Assembly (NCBI GenBank): GCA_044368905.1
Contig: JBILIU010000001.1
Coordinates: forward strand, 1-59,875
Origin: Sediminibacterium sp.
GTDB lineage: Bacteria; Bacteroidota; Bacteroidia; Chitinophagales; Chitinophagaceae
DNA: 59,875 bases
Reading direction: 5' to 3'
Shown here: positions 1-10,219 of the stretch, piece after piece
Numbering within the stretch: the first letter of the stretch is position 1
Layout: each line of letters begins with the position of its first letter
Translations under genes and position numbers: made by a program
The notes under the pieces: generated by a model
Database searches by the model: none
What the model was told of the DNA's origin: nothing
What the model saw: only the letters and a program-made list of their open reading frames with translations

Positions 1-2
1 GA

Positions 3-467
3 TTTGTCCAACTGATGAAGGTATTGGAACCAGGGGAACCAATTATTGGCAATGCCTTGATTGTCTTATTCATAATACTTATCTACAATTTCATTCAAAA
101 TAAACGAAAGAAAAAAACGATCCCAGACGAAATTCAAACAATTCTATATAAAAACTTTTACGATGCTATTACCATTGTTGAAAAGGAATTGATTCAAAAT
201 ATATTTCAATGCCAGAAGAACAATGAACATATCTCTATTAAAATGATCAATAAAATCATTGGTGTGCAACAGAAAGACATTCTTACTCAGAACAAAAGCA
301 GAAGCGACCACTTTTTACGTATCAATCAAAAATTTAAATTAGCCACCAGATCAAAAGAATTGCTTATTACAAAACAAAGAGAAGCATCTGATAAAAGACA
401 ATTTAACTATAATATCAACCCCCAATTTTTAAAACAAATTGAAGGATTGATTTTAAACAACCAATAA
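3..467 (+). CDS. Hypothetical protein, 5'-truncated at window edge (one TM helix followed by a basic cytoplasmic domain)
   Basis: Frame is open upstream of the ATG at 15 to the window edge; hydrophobic ALIVLFIILIY followed by KRKKK; overlaps the convergent LuxE-like gene by 15 nt. Confidence 0.6.
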   Translation, partial: FVQLMKVLEPGEPIIGNALIVLFIILIYNFIQNKRKKKTIPDEIQTILYKNFYDAITIVEKELIQNIFQCQKNNEHISIKMINKIIGVQQKDILTQNKSRSDHFLRINQKFKLATRSKELLITKQREASDKRQFNYNINPQFLKQIEGLILNNQ

Positions 468-1439
468 GCTACAACCCCTTCTTGCACTTTGGTCTAGTCT
501 ACCAATGACTTCGAAACTACCGTCTGGATGCACCATTCCAATATCTTCTGTGGCTATAAATGCACAACTATGATGATTTGCAAGGTCAATGATATGCAAA
601 ACACCTCTGCCTGTTGTACTCAAAGCTGTTGGATCTGATTCATCTGCCACGAATACTTTCATCCAAGGTGGACAAACATAGATCCCTGCTCCTTTAGAAT
701 AAGCTTGACTTAATAATTCTGTCATACCATATTCCGAATGGATGATTTGAACGCCGAATCCATCTGCTAAATAAGCATGTAAAGCAGGTTTGGTTAATTC
801 TTGCTTTCTTCCTTTCATCCCTCCCGTCTCCATCACCATGGTATGTTTCAATGTTTGAGGATAGGCATCCACAAAGTCCATTAAGGCAAAACTCACCCCT
901 ATCAATACAGTTTTTTGTTGTTCCTTTTCCAGGGTCGCCAAAGTATGATTCAATTTTTCGAAATCATACAAGTAAAATCCACTTCTTGCATCCTTACTTG
1001 CTTGAATTAAATATTGGGTCATATACACCAAAGAGGAATGTTGTCGCTCTAAATAATTGGGTAATAAACCAAGTATGCAATAATCTTGTGGTGCCCCATA
1101 AAATTGTTGAAAACAATCCATAAAACTTTGTTCATATACGCTAAGGTCTTTTACAAAATGTTTACTTAGCATATCTTGCGTGGTGCCACTGCTTTCAAAA
1201 TAAAAACTTGGACATTCCGATCCAGTATAAATAGCATGCGTCTTAAAAAAATCAATTGGCAAGAATGGGATTTGTTCAAAACTTTCTACCTTGTCTAAGG
1301 GTACCTTCATAGATTGAACCCACTCCCTATATACTGCATTATTTGTTGCTTGGTATTGCATGATTGACAAGGCCTTGGGCAAGAAATTGGAAGGTTCCAA
1401 TCCTTTTAAATCCTCTATGTTCCAGCTTTCTCCTTGCAT
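453..1439 (-). CDS. LuxE/PaaK-family acyl-protein synthetase (acyl transferase)
   Basis: IPFLPIDFFK, FESSGTT, METGGMKGR, HSEYGMTELLSQAY, FIATEDIG and RGCSLL motifs typical of Bacteroidota LuxE-like proteins. Confidence 0.85.
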   Translation of the reverse strand: MQGESWNIEDLKGLEPSNFLPKALSIMQYQATNNAVYREWVQSMKVPLDKVESFEQIPFLPIDFFKTHAIYTGSECPSFYFESSGTTQDMLSKHFVKDLSVYEQSFMDCFQQFYGAPQDYCILGLLPNYLERQHSSLVYMTQYLIQASKDARSGFYLYDFEKLNHTLATLEKEQQKTVLIGVSFALMDFVDAYPQTLKHTMVMETGGMKGRKQELTKPALHAYLADGFGVQIIHSEYGMTELLSQAYSKGAGIYVCPPWMKVFVADESDPTALSTTGRGVLHIIDLANHHSCAFIATEDIGMVHPDGSFEVIGRLDQSARRGCSLLVV

Positions 1440-1514
1440 ACTACCTAGGTTTGCTACAAATGTATTAATAAATACAGAATGTAGTATCTTGCAAGGGTTA
1501 TAATTAAACGAACT

Positions 1515-2657
1515 ATGGCAAAAGCAACAACAAAAAAAGCAAGCACGAATAAAGTAAGTAACTCTAAGAAAAAAGATTTACTAGACCCAAAAGCATACCA
1601 ATTTTTAAAGGAGTATATCAACAATCCTTCACCAGTTGGTTTTGAAAGTAGTGGCCAAAAAATCTGGTTAAACTATTTGACACAATATGTGGATACCACT
1701 TTTTCGGACCCTTATGGTACAGCAGTGGGTGTGATCAATCCAGATGCACCATTTAAAGTGGTGATTGAAGCACATGCAGATGAAATCAGTTGGTTTGTTA
1801 ATTATGTCAGTGACCAAGGATTGATCTACCTTAAGCGCAATGGCGGTGTGGACCATCAAATTGCCCCATCTATGCGTGTTTGGATTCATGGAAAAAAAGG
1901 TCCAGTAAAAGCAGTGTTTGGATGGCCTGCAATCCACACAAGATTGAGTAACCCAGAACAAAAAGAACCACAACCTAAAGTAGATAATTTAACATTAGAT
2001 TGTGGCGCAAGATCTAAAAAAGAAGTGGAAGCATTAGGTATTCATATTGGTGCAGTGGTAACCTATGAAGAAGGCTTTGATGAATTAGCGCATGACTTTA
2101 TCATTGGTAGAGCATTTGATAATAGAATTGGTGGATTCATGATTGCAGAAGTGGCAAGAATGCTGAAAGAAAATAAAAAGAAATTACCATTTGGCTTATA
2201 CATTGTCAATGCAGTACAAGAAGAAATTGGATTAAGAGGTGCCGAGATGATTGCTAGAAGAATTAAGCCCAATATAGCCATTGTGACAGATGTGACGCAC
2301 GATACACATACCCCAATGATCAATAAAGCAATCGAAGGCGATATCCAATGTGGCAAAGGCCCTTCTTTAGCATACGCTCCTGCGATCCATAATAAATTAT
2401 TAGCAATCGTAGAAGCCACAGCAAAAAATAAAAAAATTCCAGTACAATTTAGAACACTTAGCAGAAGTACAGGAACTGATACAGACAGTTTTGCTTATGC
2501 TAATGACGGGTGTCCATCTGTATTGATATCTATTCCACTAAGGTATATGCACACTACGGTAGAAATGATTCATAAAAAAGATATCGTGGACACTATTCAA
2601 TTAATGTATGAAACCTTATTACAGTTGAGTCCAAAAACTAATTTGAATTATTTATAA
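1515..2657 (+). CDS. M42 family metallopeptidase (TET-type aminopeptidase)
   Basis: EAHADEI, AFDNRIG, VQEEIGLRGA, DVTHD, GTDTD and RYMHT metal-ligand motifs. Confidence 0.92.
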   Translation: MAKATTKKASTNKVSNSKKKDLLDPKAYQFLKEYINNPSPVGFESSGQKIWLNYLTQYVDTTFSDPYGTAVGVINPDAPFKVVIEAHADEISWFVNYVSDQGLIYLKRNGGVDHQIAPSMRVWIHGKKGPVKAVFGWPAIHTRLSNPEQKEPQPKVDNLTLDCGARSKKEVEALGIHIGAVVTYEEGFDELAHDFIIGRAFDNRIGGFMIAEVARMLKENKKKLPFGLYIVNAVQEEIGLRGAEMIARRIKPNIAIVTDVTHDTHTPMINKAIEGDIQCGKGPSLAYAPAIHNKLLAIVEATAKNKKIPVQFRTLSRSTGTDTDSFAYANDGCPSVLISIPLRYMHTTVEMIHKKDIVDTIQLMYETLLQLSPKTNLNYL

Positions 2658-3445
2658 TGTCGCAATCCAATCCTATTCATATTGCTATACTAGACCTTTA
2701 TGATGGTAGTGCTAATGTAGGGATGGATTGTATTATGGATATACTAGATGATTGGAGTAAAAAGCAATCAATCACAATCATTACGACCGTATTTGATGTT
2801 CGAGTTAAGCATGCATTACCAGACGATACGTATGATTTATACCTTTCCTCTGGCGGTCCTGGCTCTCCTATAGACACGCATACTTCAGCATGGGATATGG
2901 CTTATTGCAATTGGTTAGACCAAATGTATGCGCAAAAAAAACCTGTCCTTTTAATATGTCATAGTTTCCAAATAGCTTGTAGACATTTTGATATTGGAAA
3001 AGTGGGTTTAAGAAAATCTAAGCAGCTTGGCATTCTTCCTATTCATCCAACTGCGCATCACGCCATTTTTGAAGCATTACCTGATCCATTTTTTGCTTTG
3101 GAGAGTCGTATGTATCAGATTACTGAACCCAATGATGAAAAAATTGAATCTATGGGGGCCACCATCATTGCATTAGAAAAAATAAGACCTCAACTACCTT
3201 ATGAAAGGGCACTGATGGGAGTGGCATTTAGTGACAAAATGATTGGTGTTCAATTTCATCCAGAAGCAACCAAAGAAAGACTTTCCATTTACTTTAATAC
3301 AGAAGCCATTAAGACAGCAGTCGTTGAAGATTTTAGTGAAGACAAGTGGCATCAAATTATCCAATCCTTAGAAGAAGATGCTAAAATCAAACATACTTGT
3401 AGCAGGTTTATTCCCAACTTCTTGAACCAAATGTTGCCTGTATGA
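2657..3445 (+). CDS. Class I glutamine amidotransferase-like protein
   Basis: SGGPGSP oxyanion strand, nucleophile elbow ICHSFQ, QFHPE His-Glu; start overlaps the upstream stop (TAATG). Confidence 0.85.
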   Translation: MSQSNPIHIAILDLYDGSANVGMDCIMDILDDWSKKQSITIITTVFDVRVKHALPDDTYDLYLSSGGPGSPIDTHTSAWDMAYCNWLDQMYAQKKPVLLICHSFQIACRHFDIGKVGLRKSKQLGILPIHPTAHHAIFEALPDPFFALESRMYQITEPNDEKIESMGATIIALEKIRPQLPYERALMGVAFSDKMIGVQFHPEATKERLSIYFNTEAIKTAVVEDFSEDKWHQIIQSLEEDAKIKHTCSRFIPNFLNQMLPV

Positions 3446-4647
3446 TTCCAGCAATTAGGGCAGCATTCAACGAGCAATTTACAGAAGCTAAGTATCAACA
3501 ATACCTTGCTATTTTAAATGAACCTTTTAAAGACCCTATCCCCTTTAGAATTGCAGAAACCCCTGTTTTTATAGATCGAGTTTTCAAAGCACAATTAATG
3601 GATGTTGGCGAGTACATTTGTCAATTCATTACAGCGCCTTCCTTCCCATCAAAGACGACAGATGCCCTACCCAAAGGATTGCATATTCCTAATGAATCTG
3701 CCCTGCCTGAATGTATCGTGATTGATTTTGCAATAGCAGAAGGACAAGAAGGAAAAATGATGCCTCAATTAATTGAATTGCAAGGTTTCCCTTCTTTGTT
3801 CGCTTTTGAATTATTACAAGCACAAGCATTGGAAAAAGTGTATCATTTACCTAAAAACTTTTCTCCATTTTTAAATGGATATACCCAAAAAAGCTACCTT
3901 GATTTTTTCAAGTCTATAGTAACTGGAAATCAAACGAAGCATACCATTTTATTAGAGATCAAACCTTTTGAACAAAAGACAAGGCCTGATCTAATGCTGA
4001 CCGAAGCGTGGCTGAATGTACCTATAGTTTGCCTTTCTCAAATTTACTTAAAAGACAAAAGCCTTTTCTATCAAAAAAATGGTGTTGAATTTAAAATTGA
4101 ACGCATTTATAATCGTGTGGTGTATGATGAGCTAATGCAACAAGCACCCATTTTTATGCAACAATTCAAATTACTTGAGCAAGCAGAAAATATAGAATGG
4201 GTCAATCATCCGAATCATTTTTTTAGAATTAGTAAATTTATATTACCCCTACTAAGACACGCATCTATTCCAGAAGCATATCTATTAGCTGATTGGAAAA
4301 ATAATCGAATTGACACTGTATTGAATTTAGCTGATTATATATGTAAACCTTTATTCTCTTTTGGAGGTCAAGGTGTCATGCTCAATCCAACCATCGAAAC
4401 CATCCATGCAATCATTGATCCAGAAAATTGGATCCTTCAAAAGAAAGTAACCTACGCGGCTGCGATTGAAACCCCTACTGGTGATTCTAAAGCAGAAATA
4501 AGGTTATTTTATTTTTGGGATAAAGAGATAAGTCGCTATGTGGCCACCAATAACTTAACAAGAATTAGTAAAGGAACAATGATTGGGGTGAGCTATAACA
4601 ATACTGCCACCTGGATAGGTGGCAGTATTAGCTATTTTGAGCAATAA
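3442..4647 (+). CDS. Putative circularly permuted ATP-grasp (glutathione/glutathionylspermidine synthetase-like) ligase
   Basis: IDFAI...PQLIELQGFPS, RIYNRVV, KPLFSFGGQGV, WILQKKV, EIRL and TRISKG resemble the permuted ATP-grasp motif order; ATGA overlap with the GATase gene. Confidence 0.65.
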   Translation: MIPAIRAAFNEQFTEAKYQQYLAILNEPFKDPIPFRIAETPVFIDRVFKAQLMDVGEYICQFITAPSFPSKTTDALPKGLHIPNESALPECIVIDFAIAEGQEGKMMPQLIELQGFPSLFAFELLQAQALEKVYHLPKNFSPFLNGYTQKSYLDFFKSIVTGNQTKHTILLEIKPFEQKTRPDLMLTEAWLNVPIVCLSQIYLKDKSLFYQKNGVEFKIERIYNRVVYDELMQQAPIFMQQFKLLEQAENIEWVNHPNHFFRISKFILPLLRHASIPEAYLLADWKNNRIDTVLNLADYICKPLFSFGGQGVMLNPTIETIHAIIDPENWILQKKVTYAAAIETPTGDSKAEIRLFYFWDKEISRYVATNNLTRISKGTMIGVSYNNTATWIGGSISYFEQ

Positions 4648-4652
4648 ATTTT

Positions 4653-5795
4653 TTATTCAGACTTATTCATCAATTTGCCCAAAAGGCTAAAGGCATTTTT
4701 TACAACAATTTGTTTCCCTATCCAAGTATTCGAATCTGCATTAGTAACTGTTACAAAAGCTTCGTTGGATTGACTTACTTGAATCTCAATTGCCTCAAAT
4801 GTGTTTTCTGCAGATTGTATAAAAATATAATCCTTGCCTTGAAATCTTTGCACCGACGCGATTGGTATTAATACAGCATCCTTAGTTTCAACGACCATAT
4901 CTGCTGTTAAAAACATACCTGGTAAAACATTTGCTGGTATTTTATCAAAATGACAATGTAATAGCGCTGTTTTATCTTCATTAATATTATGCGCAACTGC
5001 AAGTACAGAAACAGGATATTTTTTTGCAGGATCCTGCGTTAAAGTAACTGTCCCCTTCATGCCTACCTTAAAATTTGCAATATCTTTTTCATAAATAGTG
5101 ATAGCCGCATGGATGTCATTTGGATTAATGATTTCTAATAAGATATCCGAAGGAGTAACATACTTACCTCTATTGATATTTACTTTACTAATATAACCAG
5201 CAATAGGTGCCACTAATTGCACCAAACTTGACATTTTTTCGGTTGTTAAGTTTTCTGGTTGTATGTTAATGAGCTTCAATTGTTCAGACAACGCCTTTAA
5301 TTGAATTGCATTGGTATTAAAATCTGCTTGTAATTGTTGGAATGATTTTTTACTCACTGCCTCCTGTGTCAATAAAGCTTTTTGACGATCAAGATCTTGT
5401 TGCAAATAACTCAGCTTCGCTTTAGTTGATAAATAATTTTCTTGTAACTGAACATAAGCAGGATCTTTCACCGTAGCCAATACCTGTCCTTTTTTTACAA
5501 ATGTGCCAGGTATTAAATTAATGTCTTGTATATAACCGCCCATTGGGATGCTAACAGACGCGATACCTGTTGGCGGCACATCTATGACGCCATTTAGATG
5601 CGTCATGCCTTTCATTTTACCTTGTACAATAGGCGCAAGTTCTAATTGAGCGAGGCTTGCCTGTTCTTTAGTTAATTGTACCATATTGGATGCCACATCA
5701 GCGACTGAGTCTTCCTTAGTCATTGTTGTTTTTGGACTGGTTCCACAACTACTTAAAATAAATGCACTAATTAAGATGGTATAAACTGTTTTCAT
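4653..5795 (-). CDS. czcB: Heavy-metal RND efflux periplasmic adaptor, lipoprotein (CzcB/CusB family)
   Basis: Lipobox LSSC, lipoyl/hairpin motifs (PGTFVKKGQVL, APIAGYI), LPGMF; directly downstream of the RND pump gene. Confidence 0.88.
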   Translation of the reverse strand: MKTVYTILISAFILSSCGTSPKTTMTKEDSVADVASNMVQLTKEQASLAQLELAPIVQGKMKGMTHLNGVIDVPPTGIASVSIPMGGYIQDINLIPGTFVKKGQVLATVKDPAYVQLQENYLSTKAKLSYLQQDLDRQKALLTQEAVSKKSFQQLQADFNTNAIQLKALSEQLKLINIQPENLTTEKMSSLVQLVAPIAGYISKVNINRGKYVTPSDILLEIINPNDIHAAITIYEKDIANFKVGMKGTVTLTQDPAKKYPVSVLAVAHNINEDKTALLHCHFDKIPANVLPGMFLTADMVVETKDAVLIPIASVQRFQGKDYIFIQSAENTFEAIEIQVSQSNEAFVTVTNADSNTWIGKQIVVKNAFSLLGKLMNKSE

Positions 5796-5814
5796 GATAG
5801 ACTATTTTGATATA

Positions 5815-8800
5815 TTATTTTGACAACAAATAATACAATGTGGATTGATTTAAATTAAATATTTCTAGTGATTCTAAGGCTTGCATTTGTATTTGTTGCA
5901 CTTGACTCATTGCATTGGACCATTCAATATAACTTATTTGCCCTTCTTTAAAAGACAGATTCGCCATATTGGCCATCTTAGTGGCATTTGGAATAAGTCC
6001 TTTTTGTAGATGCTGGTACAAATCCATTGTTTCTTGATAATTAGACCATGCTTTTTGAATTTGCATATTTAAGTCAAGTATTGCTTTTTCTTTTTCATGT
6101 ATCATGACTGTTTCATTCGCCTGACTTGCTTTGACCTTTTGTTTTAATCCTGCTTTAAACAATGGGACATTTAGACCAAGGTTTACTGAATTGTACCTGT
6201 TTTGATCATTTGGATTCATTCTAAAACTTTGGTTGGTATAGCCGACTGCAACCTGAGGTAAAATTTTTGATTTAGCCACATTGGTCTCTGCGATAGCTGA
6301 TTGTAATTTTTGCTTCCAAAACAAATTCATTGGATGGCCCGCATCAATTATAGTATCTAATAATTTAGGTTCAAATTTTAAGCTTTCTGCTGGTATGAGT
6401 AAGGATGGATCTTGTAACAAAATAACAAACTGCTTTTGCAATCCAAGCTGCTCGTTTAAATTTTTTATCATTAACTGCTTGTGTAGACTTACCCAGTTCT
6501 GCATATTCAATTGTTCCAATCCGTTGTCTTGTCCAGCTTTAAATCTTGCATCCACTGCAGCCAATTGTTTGGCGTAGATGGAGTCGAGCTGACTTAATAA
6601 GATGCCCTTGGCAACTTGAAATTGTAATTGTATATACAATTGCTCCACCCCATGTTGAATCATTTTTTGATCCAATACAGTTTGATAACTATAATTTTGA
6701 CTAATAGAAAGATTTAAGTTTTTTTGCGCTTGATAGACCTTTGGTAGATCAAACACTTGCTCAACGGCATATTTAGAATCATTTAAACTACTATTTACAT
6801 TTCCCAATTCACCTCTAAACGCCAATTTTGCAGGATCAAAACTTGATTTTGATAATGCTTGATAATAAGCACCTTGTGCTTCGGTCGTTTTTAAAGTTGG
6901 AGACACTAGCATAGCCTGCTCAATCACTTTTGCCAAAGGCTTTTTTACTACCAATTGCTGTGCTTGTAAAGCAGTTGCATTCAAACTAATGATGCAAAAA
7001 AGAATGGCCATCGTAGTTTGACCTATACGTTTTTTCTCAAATAATTGATAAAAAATAGGTAAGACAAATAAGGTTAAAAGCGTTGCTGATAACAAACCGC
7101 CAATCACCACTGTGGCTAATGGCTTTTGCACTTCGGCTCCAGCACCACTACTTAATGCCATAGGGATAAAGCCCAAAGAAGCTACAGCTGCAGTAATTAA
7201 AATAGGTCTTAACCTTGTCTTAGTGGCCGTTGCAATAATGTCTAAAATTGTTCTATTAGGTTCCATCGCTAATTTGTTCATTTCTGTTAACAATACAATG
7301 CCATTCAAAACAGCTACACCAAATAAGGCAATGAATCCAACGCCTGCTGATATACTAAATGGCATCCCTCTTAACCATAATGCAAGCACACCTCCAATGG
7401 CTGAAAAAGGAATGGCAGAGAAAATCAATAAACAATGCTTTAAATTATTAAAAGCAAAAAACAACATCACTAAAATCAATAATAAAGCGACTGGTACAGC
7501 AATTTGTAATCGACTTACTGCATGCTCTAAGTTTTCAAATTGTCCACCATAAACAACATAATATCCAGGAGGAAATTGAATAGACTTTTTAACTTTTTCT
7601 TGTACCTCAGTCACCACTGTCTTTACATCTTTCCCTCTTACATTGAACCCTACTACAATTCTTCTTCCTGCATCCTCTCTTTGTATTTGATATGGCCCCT
7701 CTTCTATTTTTACATCTGCTAGCTCATACAAAGGAACCTGTTTCCCATTTCCCACAGTCACCATTAAATTTTTAATTTGTTGCCAATCCTGCTTTTGAAC
7801 TGTATTAAGTCTTACAACTAAATCAAATCTTCTGTCTCCTTCAAATACTTTACCAGCAACGCCCCCTGCGTAAGCAGATTGTATTACTTGGTTGACTTCT
7901 TTAATATTGGCGCCATACCTTGCTATGGCTGTTCTGTTAAAATGAATCACTACTTGTGAAATACCTGTTACGGTTTCTGTATATAAGTCTTTTGCACCTT
8001 CTACATCGTGAATGATATTGCCCATTAAAGCTGCATACTTTGCCAAACTATCTAAATTTTCGCCAAATATTTTACAAGAAACATCCTGTCTTGAGCCTGT
8101 CATTAATTCATTGAATCGCATTTGAACAGGATATTGAAATCCAGATGTAATCCCTGGCACCTGTGACATCACTTTGCCCATCGTATCTGCTAATTCATCA
8201 AAAGTATTGGCAGATACCCAATCATTTTTATCCTTTAAAATGATCATTAAATCGGAAGCTTCCATCGACATTGGATCTGTTGGTATTTCTCCAGCACCAA
8301 TTTTAGTCACAATTTTCTCGATCTCTGGAAAGCGATCTATCAATAATTTTGAGGCTTTCTGCGTCGCATCTAAAGTGCTGTTCAATGAACTTCCACTCAA
8401 CAATCTAGTATCAACAGCAAAGTCGCCTTCTTCTAATTTAGGGATAAACTCTCCCCCTAATGTTGTTAATAAAAAAATGGCCCCTGCAAATAGTACAATG
8501 GTGAACCCAATAATTTGTTTTGGCATCTTCAATGCCTTCATCAATAAAGGTTCATAGACATTTTCTAATTTTTGCATGTAACGATCTGTCAAAGTATCTT
8601 TTTGAACCCTATTTCTATTCAATACCCATGCACTCATCATTGGAACATAAGTGATAGATAAAATAAATGCACCAATCAATGCAAATGAAACTGTTTGCGC
8701 CATTGGTTTAAACATCTTTCCTTCAATACCACTTAAGGATAAGATAGGTAGATACACAATCAGGATAATGATTTGACCAAATGCAGCAGCACCCATCATC

Positions 8801-10140
8801 TTATTAGACACCTGACCCACAATAGAATTCATTTCAACTTTATCTAATTGATTATGCCCCTCTTTTTTTGAACTATGGTACAATTGATGCAATACTGCTT
8901 CTACAATGATGACCGCCCCGTCTACAAGCAAGCCAAAATCCAATGCTCCTAAACTCATCAAGTTTCCGCTTACACCAAAAAGATGCATTAAAATAAATGC
9001 AAATAACATCGCAAGTGGTATGACAGATGCCACGACCAATCCTGCTCTTAAATTACCTAAAAATAAAATCAATATAAAAATCACAATCAATGCCCCTTCC
9101 AATAAATTTTTTGAAACGGTACCAATGGCATTGTCTACCATTTTCGTTCGGTCTAAAAACGGCTCAATGACCACCCCTTCTGGCAGCGTCTCCTGAATAG
9201 TCGCAATTTTTGTCTTAATATCCGCAATTACCTGCTTACTATTTTCCCCTTTCAACATCATGACTACCGCACCTGCAACTTCTCCGTCTGCATTAAAGGC
9301 AGTGGCCCCAAACTTTGTTGCTTCGCCTAGTTTAACTTGTGCAATATCTCTGACCAAAAGTGGCATCCCATTGGATAAAGTCTTCACCGGGATACTTGAA
9401 ATCTGATCCATGCTATCCACCATCCCTTCTGTTCTGATAAATAAAACGCCAGGTCCATGTTCTATATAAGCACCTCCAGCATTTTGATTGTTGTCGTTTA
9501 AAGCAGTATAAATATCATTCACCGATAAATCATATTGCTTTAATAACTCAGGATTCACACTTACTTCAAACTGTTTTACTGCGCCTCCAAAACTACTTAC
9601 ATCCGCTACCCCAGGGGTGCCTAATAATTGCTTGCGAACAATCCAGTCTTGCATTGTTCTTAATTCTGTTAAGCTATACTTTCCTTCATATCCTTTTTTA
9701 GGTCTTACAACATATTGATAAATTTCACCTAACCCTGTCGTTAAAGGACCAAGTTCTGGAATGCCCATCCCCTCCGGCATTTGAGACTTAACAGTAACTA
9801 ATCGTTCAGAAACCTGCTGTCTGGCCCAATAAATATCAATATCATCTTTGAACACCAAAGTCACTAAACTCAATCCAAAACGTGAAAAACTTCTTTGCTC
9901 AATCATTCCTGGAATATTCCTTGTCGCTTGTTCAATTGGCACTGTGATTAATCGTTCTACATCGGGCGCACCTGCACTTGGAACTGATGTAATAATTAAT
10001 ACCTGATTATTGGTAATATCTGGAACGGCATCAATAGGTAATTTAGAAATGGAATAAATCCCTCCTAATATCAACGCAAAAACTCCTAAAAGAATAACTA
10101 GTTTATTCTTAATTGAAAACTGTATAATTTTTGATAGCAT
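5815..10140 (-). CDS. czcA: CzcA-type heavy-metal RND efflux pump fused to a C-terminal TolC-family domain
   Basis: PIDAVPDITNNQV, SLGALDFGLLVDGAVIIVE (CzcA-type TM4), GKMFKPMA, TRLRPIL; about 400 extra C-terminal residues with outer-membrane efflux protein features (LPQVAVGY, GLNVPLF, FKEGQISYIEW). Confidence 0.92.
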   Translation of the reverse strand: MLSKIIQFSIKNKLVILLGVFALILGGIYSISKLPIDAVPDITNNQVLIITSVPSAGAPDVERLITVPIEQATRNIPGMIEQRSFSRFGLSLVTLVFKDDIDIYWARQQVSERLVTVKSQMPEGMGIPELGPLTTGLGEIYQYVVRPKKGYEGKYSLTELRTMQDWIVRKQLLGTPGVADVSSFGGAVKQFEVSVNPELLKQYDLSVNDIYTALNDNNQNAGGAYIEHGPGVLFIRTEGMVDSMDQISSIPVKTLSNGMPLLVRDIAQVKLGEATKFGATAFNADGEVAGAVVMMLKGENSKQVIADIKTKIATIQETLPEGVVIEPFLDRTKMVDNAIGTVSKNLLEGALIVIFILILFLGNLRAGLVVASVIPLAMLFAFILMHLFGVSGNLMSLGALDFGLLVDGAVIIVEAVLHQLYHSSKKEGHNQLDKVEMNSIVGQVSNKMMGAAAFGQIIILIVYLPILSLSGIEGKMFKPMAQTVSFALIGAFILSITYVPMMSAWVLNRNRVQKDTLTDRYMQKLENVYEPLLMKALKMPKQIIGFTIVLFAGAIFLLTTLGGEFIPKLEEGDFAVDTRLLSGSSLNSTLDATQKASKLLIDRFPEIEKIVTKIGAGEIPTDPMSMEASDLMIILKDKNDWVSANTFDELADTMGKVMSQVPGITSGFQYPVQMRFNELMTGSRQDVSCKIFGENLDSLAKYAALMGNIIHDVEGAKDLYTETVTGISQVVIHFNRTAIARYGANIKEVNQVIQSAYAGGVAGKVFEGDRRFDLVVRLNTVQKQDWQQIKNLMVTVGNGKQVPLYELADVKIEEGPYQIQREDAGRRIVVGFNVRGKDVKTVVTEVQEKVKKSIQFPPGYYVVYGGQFENLEHAVSRLQIAVPVALLLILVMLFFAFNNLKHCLLIFSAIPFSAIGGVLALWLRGMPFSISAGVGFIALFGVAVLNGIVLLTEMNKLAMEPNRTILDIIATATKTRLRPILITAAVASLGFIPMALSSGAGAEVQKPLATVVIGGLLSATLLTLFVLPIFYQLFEKKRIGQTTMAILFCIISLNATALQAQQLVVKKPLAKVIEQAMLVSPTLKTTEAQGAYYQALSKSSFDPAKLAFRGELGNVNSSLNDSKYAVEQVFDLPKVYQAQKNLNLSISQNYSYQTVLDQKMIQHGVEQLYIQLQFQVAKGILLSQLDSIYAKQLAAVDARFKAGQDNGLEQLNMQNWVSLHKQLMIKNLNEQLGLQKQFVILLQDPSLLIPAESLKFEPKLLDTIIDAGHPMNLFWKQKLQSAIAETNVAKSKILPQVAVGYTNQSFRMNPNDQNRYNSVNLGLNVPLFKAGLKQKVKASQANETVMIHEKEKAILDLNMQIQKAWSNYQETMDLYQHLQKGLIPNATKMANMANLSFKEGQISYIEWSNAMSQVQQIQMQALESLEIFNLNQSTLYYLLSK

Positions 10141-10219
10141 AATTTAATTTCTTACTCAAAATAAAGAATGAATATACATTTACTCAATAAAGTATATTAT
10201 TAATAAAAAAATGAAAGTA

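Noticed and set aside
453-1439. Bioluminescence locus
   Set aside because: No luxA/B/C/D in the window; LuxE-like genes are common in non-luminous Bacteroidota
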